Origin: a virus
Taxonomy: Duplodnaviria > Heunggongvirae > Uroviricota > Caudoviricetes
Strand: one strand, 5' to 3'
Virus record (IMG/VR): IMGVR_UViG_2721755676_000007
Length of the DNA stretch: 60,642 nt
A program made the translations under genes and the position numbers. Position 1 is the stretch's first letter. Every line of letters starts with the position of its first letter. The notes under the pieces were generated by a model, which saw only the letters and a list, made by a program, of their open reading frames with translations, had not been told where the DNA came from and did not search any database. Below are positions 10,224-20,245 of this stretch, one piece after another.

Positions 10224-12799
10224 CGTCCACCTCCGGAGAACAGACCACCATCGCGCATCTGCCCGGTCACAACATCCATTGCCGCCTTACGGGCTACGTC
10301 ATAAACCGCCTTCAGCGCCTGTGGCCCTATCTGACCGTTCGTGCCGTCGTTGTTAATCACCACATGGTTATTCTGCTCAAACGTCCCGGACGCCTGCGAC
10401 CGGCTGTCTGCCATGCTGCCCGGTGTACCGACATAACCGCCGGTGGCATAGCCGCGCATCAGCCGGTAAAGATTCCCCACGCCAATCCGGCTGGTTGCCT
10501 CCTTCGTGAAGACAAACTCACCACGGTGAACAATCCCCGCTGGCTCATATTTGCCGCCGGTTCCCGTAAATCCTCCGGTTGCAAAATGGAATTTCGCCGC
10601 AGCGGCCTGAATGGCTGTACCGCCTGACGCGGATGCGCCGCCACCAACAGCCCCGCCAATGGCGCTGCCGATACTCCCGACAATCCCCACCATTGCCTGC
10701 TTAAGCAGAATTTCTGTCATCATGGACAGCACGGAACGGGTGAAGCTGCGCCAGTTCTGCTCACTGCCGGTCAGCATCGCCGCCATATTCTGTGCAATAC
10801 CATCAAAGGTCTGCGTGGCTGCACTTTTTACCTGCGACATACTGTCCGTGGCGCTCTCTTCCCACTCACTCCAGCCGGACTTCAGGCCTGCCATCCAGCT
10901 CCCGCGAAGCTGGTCTTCAGCCGCCCAGGTCTTTTTCTGCTCTGACATGACGTTATTCAGCGCCAGCGGATTATCGCCATACTGTTCCTTCAGGCGCTGT
11001 TCCGTGGCTTCCCGTTCTGCCTGCCGGTCAGTCAGCCCCCGGCTTTTCGCATCAATGGCGGCCCGTTTTGCCCGTTGCTGCTGTGCGAATTTATCCGCCT
11101 GCTGCGCCAGCGCGTTCAGGCGCTCCTGATACGTAACCTTGTCGCCAAGTGCAGCCAGCTGGCGTTTGTACTCCAGCGTCTCATCTTTATGCGCCAGCAG
11201 GGATTTCTCCTGTGCAGACAGCTGGCGACGTTGCGCCGCCTCCTCCAGTACCGCGAACTGGCTCTCCGCCTTCCACAAATCCCGGCGCTGCTGGCTGATT
11301 TTCTCATTTGCTCCGGCATGCTTCTCCAGCGTCCGGAGTTCAGCCTGAAGCGTCAGCAGGGCAGCATGAGCACTGTCTTCCTGACGATCGCCCGCAGACA
11401 CCTTCACGCCGGACTGTTTCGGCTTTTTCAGCGTCGCTTCATAATCCTTTTTCGCCGCCGCCATCAGCGTGTTGTAATCCGCCTGCAGGATTTTCCCGTC
11501 TTTCAGTGCCTTGTTCAGTTCTTCCTGACGGGCGGTATATTTCTCCAGCGGCGTCTGCAGCCGTTCGTAAGCCTTCTGCGCCTCTTCGGTATATTTCAGC
11601 CGTGATGCCTCAGACTCGGCCCAGTCCTTTGCTGCCATCTCTCTGGCCTTTTCAAGATCGGCCTGCAACGTGGCGGCTGAAAGCCCAAGTTGCGCATTCG
11701 CTCTGTCCTCCCATGCTCCCCGGAGATTGGCAAGAAATGCTGAGGTTTTACCGCGCCGGTGGCTCCGGCTCTGATACCACTGCCATTTTTTGTCCGCCTC
11801 ATCAAAAGCCTTTTCTGCTTTCTCCAGCATTCCCTGGGCAGTGTCCGGGCGACCAATATCCAGCACCGAATCCCACATGGATTTGAATGCCCGTGCTGTC
11901 CTGTCTGCCCAGGTCTCCAGCGTGCCCATGTTCTCTTTCAGGCGGCGGGTCTGGTCATCAAACCCTTTCGTTGCGGCCTCGTTCGCCGCCTGCAATGCCC
12001 CGGCTTCATCTCCGGAACGCTGCAACTGAGCAACATACGCAATCTGCTCCGCCGTCACGTTATGGAACTGACGTGCCATCGCTGTCAGTCCCGACGTCGG
12101 GTCTGTGGTCAGCTTCCCGAAGGCTTCAGCGACCTTGTCCACCTCCACGCCGGATGCAGAGGAGAAACGCGCCACACTCTGGCTGATCGCCTCAAACTGC
12201 TCACCACCACGCACACCGGCATTCACCAGCGCCGTCAGTGACTCGCTGGTCTGGTTAAACGTCAGCCCTGCCGCCTGCCCGGCTCTGGACAGGACCAGCA
12301 TACGATCTGCCGTCAGTCCCGCCTGATTGCCGGAAAGGACCAGCGTTTTGTTGAAATCGGACAGGGTTGAGTTGCCCTGATACCAGGCATACGCCAGCGT
12401 ACCGGTCGCCACCGCCAGCGAGGTGGCCCCCACCATCGGCAGGGTGATCGCACCGGCAAGCCCCCTGAACATGGGGATCATCCCGCCGAAGGAGTCCTTA
12501 ACCTGCCCCCCCTGTTGCAGCAGGATCAGCCACGGGCTTTGCCCGCCTGCAAGCTGCGTGGCCACGTCGGTGAACTGTGCAGGCAGCATACGCATGGCGG
12601 CTTTATACTGCCCGACGGAAATCCCCGCTTTCTGTGCAGCCAGCGCCTGTCGGCTCAGCGACTGTTCAACGACTGCCGCTGTTTTTTTCGCATCAGTTTC
12701 CGTACCGGAAAAATGACGCCTGACTCTGGCCATCTGCTCGTCAAATCTGGCCGCATCCAGACTTAAATCAACGACCAGATCGCCTACCGGTTCAGCCAT
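10220..12799 (-). CDS. H: Tail tape measure protein H
   Basis: 859-aa ORF with coiled-coil-rich middle and Gly-rich C-terminus, collinear with lambda H. Confidence 0.93.
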   Translation of the reverse strand: MAEPVGDLVVDLSLDAARFDEQMARVRRHFSGTETDAKKTAAVVEQSLSRQALAAQKAGISVGQYKAAMRMLPAQFTDVATQLAGGQSPWLILLQQGGQVKDSFGGMIPMFRGLAGAITLPMVGATSLAVATGTLAYAWYQGNSTLSDFNKTLVLSGNQAGLTADRMLVLSRAGQAAGLTFNQTSESLTALVNAGVRGGEQFEAISQSVARFSSASGVEVDKVAEAFGKLTTDPTSGLTAMARQFHNVTAEQIAYVAQLQRSGDEAGALQAANEAATKGFDDQTRRLKENMGTLETWADRTARAFKSMWDSVLDIGRPDTAQGMLEKAEKAFDEADKKWQWYQSRSHRRGKTSAFLANLRGAWEDRANAQLGLSAATLQADLEKAREMAAKDWAESEASRLKYTEEAQKAYERLQTPLEKYTARQEELNKALKDGKILQADYNTLMAAAKKDYEATLKKPKQSGVKVSAGDRQEDSAHAALLTLQAELRTLEKHAGANEKISQQRRDLWKAESQFAVLEEAAQRRQLSAQEKSLLAHKDETLEYKRQLAALGDKVTYQERLNALAQQADKFAQQQRAKRAAIDAKSRGLTDRQAEREATEQRLKEQYGDNPLALNNVMSEQKKTWAAEDQLRGSWMAGLKSGWSEWEESATDSMSQVKSAATQTFDGIAQNMAAMLTGSEQNWRSFTRSVLSMMTEILLKQAMVGIVGSIGSAIGGAVGGGASASGGTAIQAAAAKFHFATGGFTGTGGKYEPAGIVHRGEFVFTKEATSRIGVGNLYRLMRGYATGGYVGTPGSMADSRSQASGTFEQNNHVVINNDGTNGQIGPQALKAVYDVARKAAMDVVTGQMRDGGLFSGGGR

Positions 12800-13226
12800 A
12801 CCGGACTCCTCCTGCGATCCCTTCTGATACTGTCATCAGCATTACGTCATCCTCCGTCATGTCCGCCACATCCGGGGAAGCGGGGATAACTTCATTCCCG
12901 TCCGGGCCAAAGCGGACGCCTCCGGCAAGCCCTGCCGCTTTCTGCATCAGCACATCATCTTCAGGCTCTTCGTCAGCCTCACGCCGGTTCAGCAGACTGA
13001 AATCCAGCGGATGCATATCCGGATCGCTGAAAAACAGGCTGAGCACGGTGTACGTCAGCCCGGAAAAGTGCATATCCAGCAGAACATCATGAAAATAATG
13101 GGTACTGTAAAAGCGGTGCCAGTCGGCATACTCCGTGGATGACATCCCGGCAAGCATGGCACGCCAGTCGGGTCGCCCCATCTCTCGCGCCAGTTTCAGG
13201 GCAAAACTCAGCTCACCATCGAACAC
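12792..13226 (-). CDS. T: Tail assembly protein T, made as a G-T fusion by -1 frameshift
   Basis: 435-nt ORF (same length as lambda T) in the -1 frame relative to G, beginning at the slippery site; first codon is GTG within the frameshift window. Confidence 0.85.
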   Translation of the reverse strand: MFDGELSFALKLAREMGRPDWRAMLAGMSSTEYADWHRFYSTHYFHDVLLDMHFSGLTYTVLSLFFSDPDMHPLDFSLLNRREADEEPEDDVLMQKAAGLAGGVRFGPDGNEVIPASPDVADMTEDDVMLMTVSEGIAGGVRYG

Positions 13227-13630
13227 TTTCCCGCAGAAACAGGCTCTGCAGGCCCGGCGTCCTCTGTCTGTTCAGGAGCATCATTCACCACAAACTCATA
13301 CATACCGGACAGCCGGTACACCACGTTTTCAGCATGAGAAATTGCCTCCGTGGGCCAGGTGGTAAGCACTTCCTGCTCAATCTGTTTAACGGCTTCATTC
13401 ATGGAAGGCAGCTTTGTCTTCTTCGGATGGTTATGCCACAGGGACATCGCCACCAGAAACGCGCCGGTTCTGATGGCGTCTTCCACAGTAAACTTCCGGT
13501 TGCTGTCTGACTCCGCCTGTTCTGCCTGCCGTTTCATCAGGGCGAGATGCTCAATACGCTGCAGGGCTGACAGTTCAGAAAGCGTGACGGTCACACCGTT
13601 ATGTTCAAATGATTCGGTTTTCAGGAACAT
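13208..13630 (-). CDS. G: Tail assembly chaperone G
   Basis: 140-aa ORF, 423 nt as in lambda G. Confidence 0.9.
   Translation of the reverse strand: MFLKTESFEHNGVTVTLSELSALQRIEHLALMKRQAEQAESDSNRKFTVEDAIRTGAFLVAMSLWHNHPKKTKLPSMNEAVKQIEQEVLTTWPTEAISHAENVVYRLSGMYEFVVNDAPEQTEDAGPAEPVSAGKCSMVS
13226..13232 (-). other. Programmed -1 ribosomal frameshift slippery heptamer G GGA AAG (G-T fusion)
   Basis: Minus-strand GGGAAAG with GGA AAG in the G frame, 7 codons before the G stop and exactly at the start of the T frame. Confidence 0.8.
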
Positions 13631-13645
13631 CTCTGACTCCCCGGA

Positions 13646-14386
13646 TTAACTGGCGGTGACGGTGATTTCTGCAACCGCAGCAAGTTCACCATTACCGGAT
13701 ACGACCGGAATGTTGACCTTGCCTGCAGCAACACCTTTCACGGTGATGGTCATACCACTGACCGACACGGTGGCTTTTGTTTTATCCGCAGACACCGCAC
13801 GGAAGCTCTTGTCGGTTGCGCCTTCCGGCTGGAATGCCACGGTCAGCGTGGTGCTCTGCCCTTTCACCACCGAGGTGCTGGCAGGCGTCACAGTCATGCC
13901 GGTTGTCGCCGTCACCGTGCTGCGATCTTCTGCCATCGACGGACGGCCCACGTTGGTGACTTTCACCGTGCGGGTGATCACTTCCTTCGCCGTCACCGCC
14001 TTACCGATACTGCTGACCCAGCCGCGGAACACATCGACCGTGCCGTTCGGGAAGCGGATTTTATAGGCTCGGGTATCCCCTTCATTAAACCACGCCAGCA
14101 GCGCCTGCTGCCCCTGCTCTCCGGGCATCCACGCCAGCGTGAAGCTGGTATCTCCGGCAGATTTCTGCCCCTGCCCGGTCGCAGTCCAGTCTGCATCTTC
14201 ATCATCGAGATAGCTGTCGTCATAGGACTCAGCGGTCAGTTCGCCGGGCGTCAGGTCTTTAACTTTTGCCAGACGCGACCAGTCAACGTCTGAAAGCGGA
14301 TTCGCATAAGGGTCACCGCTTCCCTTATAAACCCACAGGGTGGTCCCGGCACCTTTCACCGGCATTACAGGATTTGGTACAGGCAT
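13646..14386 (-). CDS. V: Major tail protein V
   Basis: Start at MPVPNP gives 741 nt as in lambda V; C-terminal Ig-like (Big_2-type) region; the ORF track extends 10 codons upstream into U. Confidence 0.9.
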   Translation of the reverse strand: MPVPNPVMPVKGAGTTLWVYKGSGDPYANPLSDVDWSRLAKVKDLTPGELTAESYDDSYLDDEDADWTATGQGQKSAGDTSFTLAWMPGEQGQQALLAWFNEGDTRAYKIRFPNGTVDVFRGWVSSIGKAVTAKEVITRTVKVTNVGRPSMAEDRSTVTATTGMTVTPASTSVVKGQSTTLTVAFQPEGATDKSFRAVSADKTKATVSVSGMTITVKGVAAGKVNIPVVSGNGELAAVAEITVTAS

Positions 14387-14393
14387 AGCGTCC

Positions 14394-14789
14394 TCACATT
14401 TCATAGGTAATGACATAAGTCAGATCGGCTGAACTCCACAGGCCCGCATCATCGTCGCGCCGGTAGTCATAGCCGCTGGCCACCATACTGGTGATCAAAT
14501 CTGACAGTGCCGGGATATCACTCATCACCGGATAAATCCGGGACTCCATCCACGCATCCAGCTCTGAATCCGGCACCTGAGCAGGCAGGAAAACTTCAAT
14601 ATGCAGCTCCGCCTGCCATGTATCGCTGTCCAGCTCTTCGCCCGTGTATTCAGCGCCGGTGAGATAAACGGCAACTGCCGGAAAATCCGCCTCATCAAAA
14701 ACAGCGGGGCGACCATCAAAAAACGTCGCCCCGGTGTCATGCTTCTCCAGTGCATCCAGTACGGCTGCACGGAGTTCAGTATGTTTCAT
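14394..14789 (-). CDS. U: Tail terminator protein U
   Basis: 131-aa ORF, 396 nt as in lambda U. Confidence 0.9.
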   Translation of the reverse strand: MKHTELRAAVLDALEKHDTGATFFDGRPAVFDEADFPAVAVYLTGAEYTGEELDSDTWQAELHIEVFLPAQVPDSELDAWMESRIYPVMSDIPALSDLITSMVASGYDYRRDDDAGLWSSADLTYVITYEM

Positions 14790-15364
14790 CGCTTTATTAC
14801 CATCCTCAGTTGATGCTGCAGCGCATAGCCCAGCTCTTTCGGAAGACGTTCACGCCGTATCCGTTCAATATTCTGTTTAAACGCCGTGGTAAGCGGCACC
14901 GCCATCGGGATTTTCACCACATCAATGGGGTAACGGTTTTTCCCGACCACACGCTGCATGACATGCCACCGGCCATTTTTCAGTTGCTGAATAAACGCGC
15001 CGGGAATACGACGGTTACCCACCACAAGCACGCTGCCGCCACCTTTCAGGGATGAACGCTGCCCCTTTTTACGACGCCTGCGGCGCGAAAGGACAACCCG
15101 CGCATTACCCAGCTTGATTACGGGCAAATCCCCCCGGTTAACTTTGATTCTGGCCTGCGGATTTTTGACCGTGGCCCTTTTCAGTCTGGCCCTTTCCTTT
15201 ACCAGTTTCCGGCGTACCTTTGTCTCACGGGCAACCTGTGACGCCGACTGCGATATCGCGGATGAAGCAACGCGGTTAATGGCCATTGCGGCGGCACCGG
15301 GCACCGCCGTTCTGCTGATACGGCTGAGGTTTTCAACGGCCTGCTCAAGACCTTTTATGGCCAT
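14786..15364 (-). CDS. Z: Tail completion protein Z
   Basis: 192-aa ORF, 579 nt as in lambda Z. Confidence 0.9.
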   Translation of the reverse strand: MAIKGLEQAVENLSRISRTAVPGAAAMAINRVASSAISQSASQVARETKVRRKLVKERARLKRATVKNPQARIKVNRGDLPVIKLGNARVVLSRRRRRKKGQRSSLKGGGSVLVVGNRRIPGAFIQQLKNGRWHVMQRVVGKNRYPIDVVKIPMAVPLTTAFKQNIERIRRERLPKELGYALQHQLRMVIKR

Positions 15365-15375
15365 ACATCCCCCTT

Positions 15376-15729
15376 TCAGCGGCGACGGTTAACGGCAGGC
15401 GGTACGCCCCGCCCAAGCCAGAGATGACAGCTTCCGCCATCATCCGGCGAAATCCGGTCTATCCAGAAGTTTTCCTCACCGATGGTCAGCGTGTCGCCGC
15501 GCCGCAGCTGCCGCACATCATCAGTCCGGACAAACAGGGACGGGCTGGAGCCTTCAACGCGCACGCCCTGTCCGGCATAGCTGATATTTTCAGGGTCATC
15601 AAAAACACCACGTATCACAGCACCGGACTGCTCACCGGATGTCATGGTGGCTGACGTTCCCATGTACCCGCGTATCGTTTCATCGGCGCAGGCAATGGCA
15701 GCATCGAACAGGTTATCGGAATCAGCCAC
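15376..15729 (-). CDS. FII: Head-tail joining protein FII
   Basis: 117-aa ORF, 354 nt as in lambda FII. Confidence 0.9.
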   Translation of the reverse strand: MADSDNLFDAAIACADETIRGYMGTSATMTSGEQSGAVIRGVFDDPENISYAGQGVRVEGSSPSLFVRTDDVRQLRRGDTLTIGEENFWIDRISPDDGGSCHLWLGRGVPPAVNRRR

Positions 15730-15740
15730 AGCGCCTCCCG

Positions 15741-16136
15741 TTATTGCATTCTGGCCAGGCCGCGCTCTGTCATTTCAGCTGCCACACCGACAGAGACACG
15801 GAACGCCGTTCCCGGCAGCACAAATGCCACAGCCTCATCCCGCGTGGCGTGAAGTGCATCAATATGCAGCGTCACCAGTGCCACAACCGTGACCAGTTCA
15901 GCCGTATCAGTCACGGTATCCGGCTGCGCTGATACAACCTCATTTTCATGTCCGGTCAGCGCATTTTCCGGGCTGACAGATGTGTCCTGACCGGCAGCGT
16001 CATCCGTGTCATCAAGCTCCTCTTCCAGCTCTGCCACACGGAGTGCCAGTTCTTCTTTCGTCCCCGTCAGGCTGACATCACGGTTCAGTTGCTCACCCAG
16101 CACCTGAAGACGGGCAATCAGTTCATCTTTCGTCAT
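15741..16136 (-). CDS. FI: DNA packaging protein FI
   Basis: Start at MTKDELIARLQVLGEQLNRDVSLTGTKEELALRVAEL matches lambda FI; ORF track extends 13 codons upstream. Confidence 0.85.
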   Translation of the reverse strand: MTKDELIARLQVLGEQLNRDVSLTGTKEELALRVAELEEELDDTDDAAGQDTSVSPENALTGHENEVVSAQPDTVTDTAELVTVVALVTLHIDALHATRDEAVAFVLPGTAFRVSVGVAAEMTERGLARMQ

Positions 16137-16177
16137 GGACTCCTCCACAGAGAGAAAATGGCCCCGAAGGGCCATGA

Positions 16178-17203
16178 TTACGCCAGTTGTACGGACACGA
16201 ACTCATCAGGATCAGCCAGCAGCATCAGCGGTGCTGACTGAATCATGGTGAACTCTCGCGCCGGATCGCCGGATGTCTTCCAGTTTTTCGGATAACGGGG
16301 AGACGCATTAATACCCTCACTCAATGCGTCCGCATCCTGAATGCAGCCATAGGTGCGCAGACCGCGTGCCTGAGTGTTCCCCAGTACCATCGTGTTGTCC
16401 GGCAGGAAGTTCTTTTTGACGCCGTTTTCCACGTACTGTCCGGAATACACGACGATGGCCACATCGCCATACATCCCCTTATAGGACACCGCTTTACCCA
16501 GGTCTTTCACCGCTGTCTCCAGCTCGGAATGAGAGCCGCGACGGGTATCCAGCTTCTCCCTGACGGCTTTGAAGGAACGGAACAGCGCCCAGCCTTTCGG
16601 ATCAAACACGATGATATTCACCACGCCGCTGGCGTTCAGCGCGTAGGCTTCGATATCGTCGGTCGGGTCATACGTGGACTTGTCACGCTTGCTCCACTCC
16701 GTGCCGCCGGACTGCGTGATGTTGTTCGCCGCACTGCGGCCCATATCCACCTCAACCGGATCGAAGGCTTCACCGGTCATGGTGTATTTGCCCTTGAGCA
16801 CGGCAGAAACTGCCTGCATCTCTTCGACCTGAGCAATGGCCAGCTCTTCGTCACGCATGTTCTGCATGATGATGCGACGGCGGCGGTAAGCCGGGTCCGC
16901 CAGATTCTGCGGATCTTCATCCGGCAGGCGACGCAGGGTCATCTGCGGATTCACCTCATGCTTGGGTTTGACATATCCCGGCGTAAATTCAGAGGTGGAG
17001 CCGCCACGGGAACGGATAACCTCACCGGAAACAATCGGCGAAACGTACAGCGCCATGTTTACCAGTCCCGGAATTTGTGAGAGATAGACTTTCTCCGTAG
17101 TGAAGGGATAGCTCTCACGGAAAAAGAGACGCAGAAACAGCGGATCAAACTTAAATTTCTGCTCATTTGCCGCCAGCAGCTGGGCGGTTGTGTACATCGA
17201 CAT
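16178..17203 (-). CDS. E: Major capsid protein E
   Basis: Start at MSMYTTAQLLAANEQKFKFDPLFLRLFF gives 1026 nt as in lambda E. Confidence 0.93.
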   Translation of the reverse strand: MSMYTTAQLLAANEQKFKFDPLFLRLFFRESYPFTTEKVYLSQIPGLVNMALYVSPIVSGEVIRSRGGSTSEFTPGYVKPKHEVNPQMTLRRLPDEDPQNLADPAYRRRRIIMQNMRDEELAIAQVEEMQAVSAVLKGKYTMTGEAFDPVEVDMGRSAANNITQSGGTEWSKRDKSTYDPTDDIEAYALNASGVVNIIVFDPKGWALFRSFKAVREKLDTRRGSHSELETAVKDLGKAVSYKGMYGDVAIVVYSGQYVENGVKKNFLPDNTMVLGNTQARGLRTYGCIQDADALSEGINASPRYPKNWKTSGDPAREFTMIQSAPLMLLADPDEFVSVQLA

Positions 17204-17258
17204 AAAAAAATCCCGTAAAAAAAGCCGCACAGGCGGCCTTTAGTGATGAAGGGTAAAG

Positions 17259-17591
17259 TTAAACGATGCTGATTGCCGTTCCGGCAAACGCGGTCCGTTT
17301 TTTCGTCTCGTCGCTGGCAGCCTCCGGCCAGAGCACATCCTCATAACGGAACGTGCCGGACTTGTAGAACGTCAGTGTGGTGCTGGTCTGGTCAGCAGCA
17401 ACCGCCAGAATGCCAACGGCAGCACCGTCGGTGGTGCCATCCCACGCAACCAGCTTACGGGTGGAGGTGTCCAGCATCAGCGGGGTCATTGCAGGCGCTT
17501 TCGCACTCAATCCGCCGGGCGCGGTTGCGGTATGAGCCGGGTCACTATTGCCCAGCGGCTGGTAATGGGTAAAGGTTTCTTTGCTCGTCAT
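17259..17591 (-). CDS. D: Head decoration protein D
   Basis: Start at [12 protein letters not shown] gives 333 nt as in lambda D. Confidence 0.92.
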   Translation of the reverse strand: MTSKETFTHYQPLGNSDPAHTATAPGGLSAKAPAMTPLMLDTSTRKLVAWDGTTDGAAVGILAVAADQTSTTLTFYKSGTFRYEDVLWPEAASDETKKRTAFAGTAISIV

Positions 17592-17600
17592 AAACATCCC

Positions 17601-18206
17601 TTACACTGGTGTGTTCAGCAAATCGTTAACGGCATCAGATGCCGGGTTACCTGCAGCCAGCGGTGCCGGTGCCCCCTGCATCAGACGATCCAGCGCAGTG
17701 TCACTGCGCGCCTGTGCACTCTGTGGTGCTGCGGCCAGAATACGGCGGGCCGTTTCCACGGTCATACCGGGGGTTTCTGCCAGCACGCGGGCCTGTTCTT
17801 CGCGTCCGTGAGCCTCCTCACAGTTGAGGATCCCCATAATGCGGCTGTTTTCTGCCGCAACCGCTGCGGTGATCTGCGCGTTCACGTCCGGCTGCGCCGC
17901 GCTGGCGTTTTCGCCCTCCGTCGCTGGCACCACGTCAGTAACGTCAGCCTGCGAAGCAGTGGCTGAAACAGTTGTTGATTGAGTCTCTTTGGTCATTCGC
18001 CCTCCTGAGAGACGGGATTTACGTGCATCCAGTGCATCACGCATGACGGTGATCGCATCGGTGCTGTTAACAAGTTCATCAGCCAGTCCGGCATCAATGG
18101 CCTCCTGACCGCTGTACACTGCAGCCTCGGTATCCAGCACAGCCTGCACGGACAGGCCGGTATATGCCGACACCTTCTGCGCAAACATCTGGCGGGTTGC
18201 GTCCAT
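17601..18206 (-). CDS. Nu3: Scaffolding protein Nu3 (in-frame internal start within C)
   Basis: Internal Met (MDATRQMFAQKVSAYTG) gives 606 nt sharing the C stop, as in lambda. Confidence 0.7.
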   Translation of the reverse strand: MDATRQMFAQKVSAYTGLSVQAVLDTEAAVYSGQEAIDAGLADELVNSTDAITVMRDALDARKSRLSGGRMTKETQSTTVSATASQADVTDVVPATEGENASAAQPDVNAQITAAVAAENSRIMGILNCEEAHGREEQARVLAETPGMTVETARRILAAAPQSAQARSDTALDRLMQGAPAPLAAGNPASDAVNDLLNTPV

Positions 18207-18920
18207 CCGGGACTGCAGTGTCTCCCGGACGTCATCCGGAAGATGGCTGTAGGGGTTGCCATCCACCTTATGGCTGCCGCTGTAAATCAGCGTGATTTCC
18301 ACACCCTGTTTCTCCAGGGCAGCACCGTAATTACTGTGAGCCATCATGACGCCGATGGAGCCTGTCCGGGCGGTCTGCGTGACCAGACGCCGGGAGGCGG
18401 CACTGGCAAGCAACTGACCTGCACTGCAGTTCATGTCGTTGGCCAGCGCCCATACCGGTTTTATGTCACGCACACGGGCGATGATGTCAGCGCAGTCAAA
18501 TGCCCCCGCCACCATCCCGCCGGGCGTGTCCATATCGAGCAGAATGCCGTCCACCATCGGATCGCTGGCAGCCTGTTGCAGACGGGCGATAATGCCGTTG
18601 TAACCGGTCATCCCCGAGTACGGCTGCAGCGCCCGCGTCCGGCTGACCAGCGTGCCGGACACCGGCAGCACGGCGATGCCGTTCATGACCTGATAACTGC
18701 GGGCCTGTCGTGGTCCGTCATCATCACCGGATAATGCCAGCGTCGCGAGTGCCTCCTGGGCAGTCAGGCTGTCGCCGGACACCGCATCCGTCAGGCGGCT
18801 GATCCCAAGCTGGCCTGCAAGCGCACAAAAGAAAACCCGCGCATAGGCGGGTTCAAGCATCAGCGGCTCATTAAAGGCCATACTGGCAATATGCGGGAGA
18901 TTACGCAGCTCTGCTGTCAC
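17601..18920 (-). CDS. C: Prohead protease / scaffold protein C (S49/ClpP-like)
   Basis: 1320 nt as in lambda C when started at the GTG at 18918-18920 (TAELRNLPHIASMAFNEPLMLEP); an in-frame ATG exists further upstream at 19055. Confidence 0.85.
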   Translation of the reverse strand: MTAELRNLPHIASMAFNEPLMLEPAYARVFFCALAGQLGISRLTDAVSGDSLTAQEALATLALSGDDDGPRQARSYQVMNGIAVLPVSGTLVSRTRALQPYSGMTGYNGIIARLQQAASDPMVDGILLDMDTPGGMVAGAFDCADIIARVRDIKPVWALANDMNCSAGQLLASAASRRLVTQTARTGSIGVMMAHSNYGAALEKQGVEITLIYSGSHKVDGNPYSHLPDDVRETLQSRMDATRQMFAQKVSAYTGLSVQAVLDTEAAVYSGQEAIDAGLADELVNSTDAITVMRDALDARKSRLSGGRMTKETQSTTVSATASQADVTDVVPATEGENASAAQPDVNAQITAAVAAENSRIMGILNCEEAHGREEQARVLAETPGMTVETARRILAAAPQSAQARSDTALDRLMQGAPAPLAAGNPASDAVNDLLNTPV

Positions 18921-19680
18921 TCTTCTCCTCCTCTGTTGATTGTCGCAGTCCGGATTCAAATGCCGCAGCCGCCCAGGCGGGCGGTTTAAGACCGGCTGCG
19001 CGGCGCTCCATCGTTTCACGGACCTGCTGGGCAAAAATTTCCTGATAGTCGTCACCGCGTTTCGCGCACTCTTTCTCGTAGGTGCTCAGTCCGGCTTCTA
19101 TCAGCATCACCGCTTCCTGAACTTCTTTCAGACCATCGATGGCCATACGACCGGAGCCTATCCAGTCGCAGTTCCCCCAGGCACTGCGGGCTTCCTGAAA
19201 ACTGAAGCGCGCTTTTGAAGGTAACGTCACCACGCGGCGAACGATGGCCTCTTCCAGCCAGCACAGAAACATCTGGCTCGCCTGACGGGATGCGACGAAT
19301 TTTCGCCGCCCCATAAAGTACGCCCACGACTCGTTCGCACTGGCCCGTGCCGTGGAGTAGCTCATCTGGGCGTAATTCCGGGAAAGCTGCTCATACGAGA
19401 CACCCAGCCCGGCAGCAATATACCGCAACAGTGACTGCTCAAATACGGAGTAGCCGTTATCCGTGTCCTGAGCCGTCTGCAGGTTCAGTGAGTCCCCCGG
19501 CATCAGGTGCGGCACTTTTGCGCCTCCCAGCCGGACCGGTGCTGCGGCGTAATACGCGGCAATTTCACCAATCCAGCCAGTCAGCCTTTCCCGCTGCTCC
19601 TGACTGTTCGCGCCCAGAATAAAATCCATCGCTGACTGCGTATCCAGCTCACTCTCAATGGTGGCGGCATACATCGCCTT
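18901..19680 (-). pseudogene. B: Portal protein B, C-terminal fragment (separated from its N-terminal part by the 10.9 kb insertion)
   Basis: Reads ...KA-MYAATIESELDTQSAMDFILGAN... to a C-terminus ending EEEKSDSRAA as in lambda B; upstream sequence beyond 19680 is unrelated. Confidence 0.9.
19673..19680. repeat. Left copy of the 8-bp junction direct repeat ATCGCCTT (att core or target duplication)
   Basis: Identical octamer at 30572-30579; both copies read K-A-(M/I) in the B frame. Confidence 0.85.
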
Positions 19681-19754
19681 TATGAAAAGACAGGAAAAAA
19701 TAAAATTTAAAAACAGTACATTACGAATGCTCAGACCTATCGTTTAAAGGAGTC

Positions 19755-19777
19755 GCAATACACACTGCAATACACGA
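19755..19777. repeat. Two direct copies of GCAATACAC(A/G) near the left end of the insert (candidate integrase arm sites)
   Basis: tcGCAATACACAcTGCAATACACGa; three copies of TGCAATACACA occur at the other end (30381-30434). Confidence 0.5.
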
Positions 19778-20107
19778 TTATTTATAAGATGAGCGGCATC
19801 CGTCATAAAGCTGGTGGATGCTTTTTCTATGCATATATGCACAGTTTTAGTGGGCGTTAATGTCGATATAGGGATCCCCATATCGAGATTGGATACCTGG
19901 CTTTTTTCCGGTTAACCTTTAATCAGGCTGGTGGGCTTTACCTGTTTTGTATGAGTGGTCATCATGACCATGTCATAACAAAAACCCCATATTCGTGGTT
20001 TTTCTGTGTCGGGCTATTCTGTCGTTGCTGTGCTGATTTGGCTGGTGGGCTGAATCATCATTACGGCGATGCAGCTATGTAGACGTTCCGGCCTCCTCAA
20101 ATTGAGG

Positions 20108-20245
20108 ATTGTGGAAGAATCAATGGGTTAGTCTTACTTTCCCGACATCCCCCAATGGGGGTTTTCGAAACAATCAATAGCTTAGGCTTACTTCCCCGAT
20201 TTCCTGCATTGCAGGTTTTCGAAATAATCAATGGGTTAGGCCATC
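20108..20245. repeat. 54-bp tandem repeat, about 2.5 copies, each unit containing a short hairpin palindrome
   Basis: AATCAATGGGTTAG / AATCAATAGCTTAG / AATCAATGGGTTAG at 20118, 20172, 20226; palindromes CCCCCAATGGGGG (20149-20161) and CCTGCATTGCAGG (20203-20215). Confidence 0.7.

Noticed and set aside
10611-12716. Several plus-strand ORFs (60-190 aa) within H
   Set aside because: All antisense to the tape measure gene; no independent support
14387-14416. Upstream ATG extending V by 10 codons into U
   Set aside because: Start at MPVPNP gives exactly the lambda V length (741 nt) and avoids overlap with U
18921-19055. Upstream ATG extending C by 45 codons
   Set aside because: The GTG at 18918-18920 gives exactly the lambda C length (1320 nt) with the expected 20-nt overlap with the B stop; the extension is Arg-rich and overlaps B
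19796-19828. Plus-strand terminator-like hairpin with T-run near the left end of the insert
   Set aside because: No plus-strand gene upstream to terminate and a 14-nt loop; kept only as part of the repeat-rich region finding
20108-20245. Possible CRISPR array (tandem repeats at the insert left end) and iteron clusters (24316-24537, 50408-50519)
   Set aside because: Repeat units are 54 bp with no unique spacers, or short hexamer/17-mer iterons in both orientations; no cas genes; better explained as cis-acting satellite sequence and replication origins
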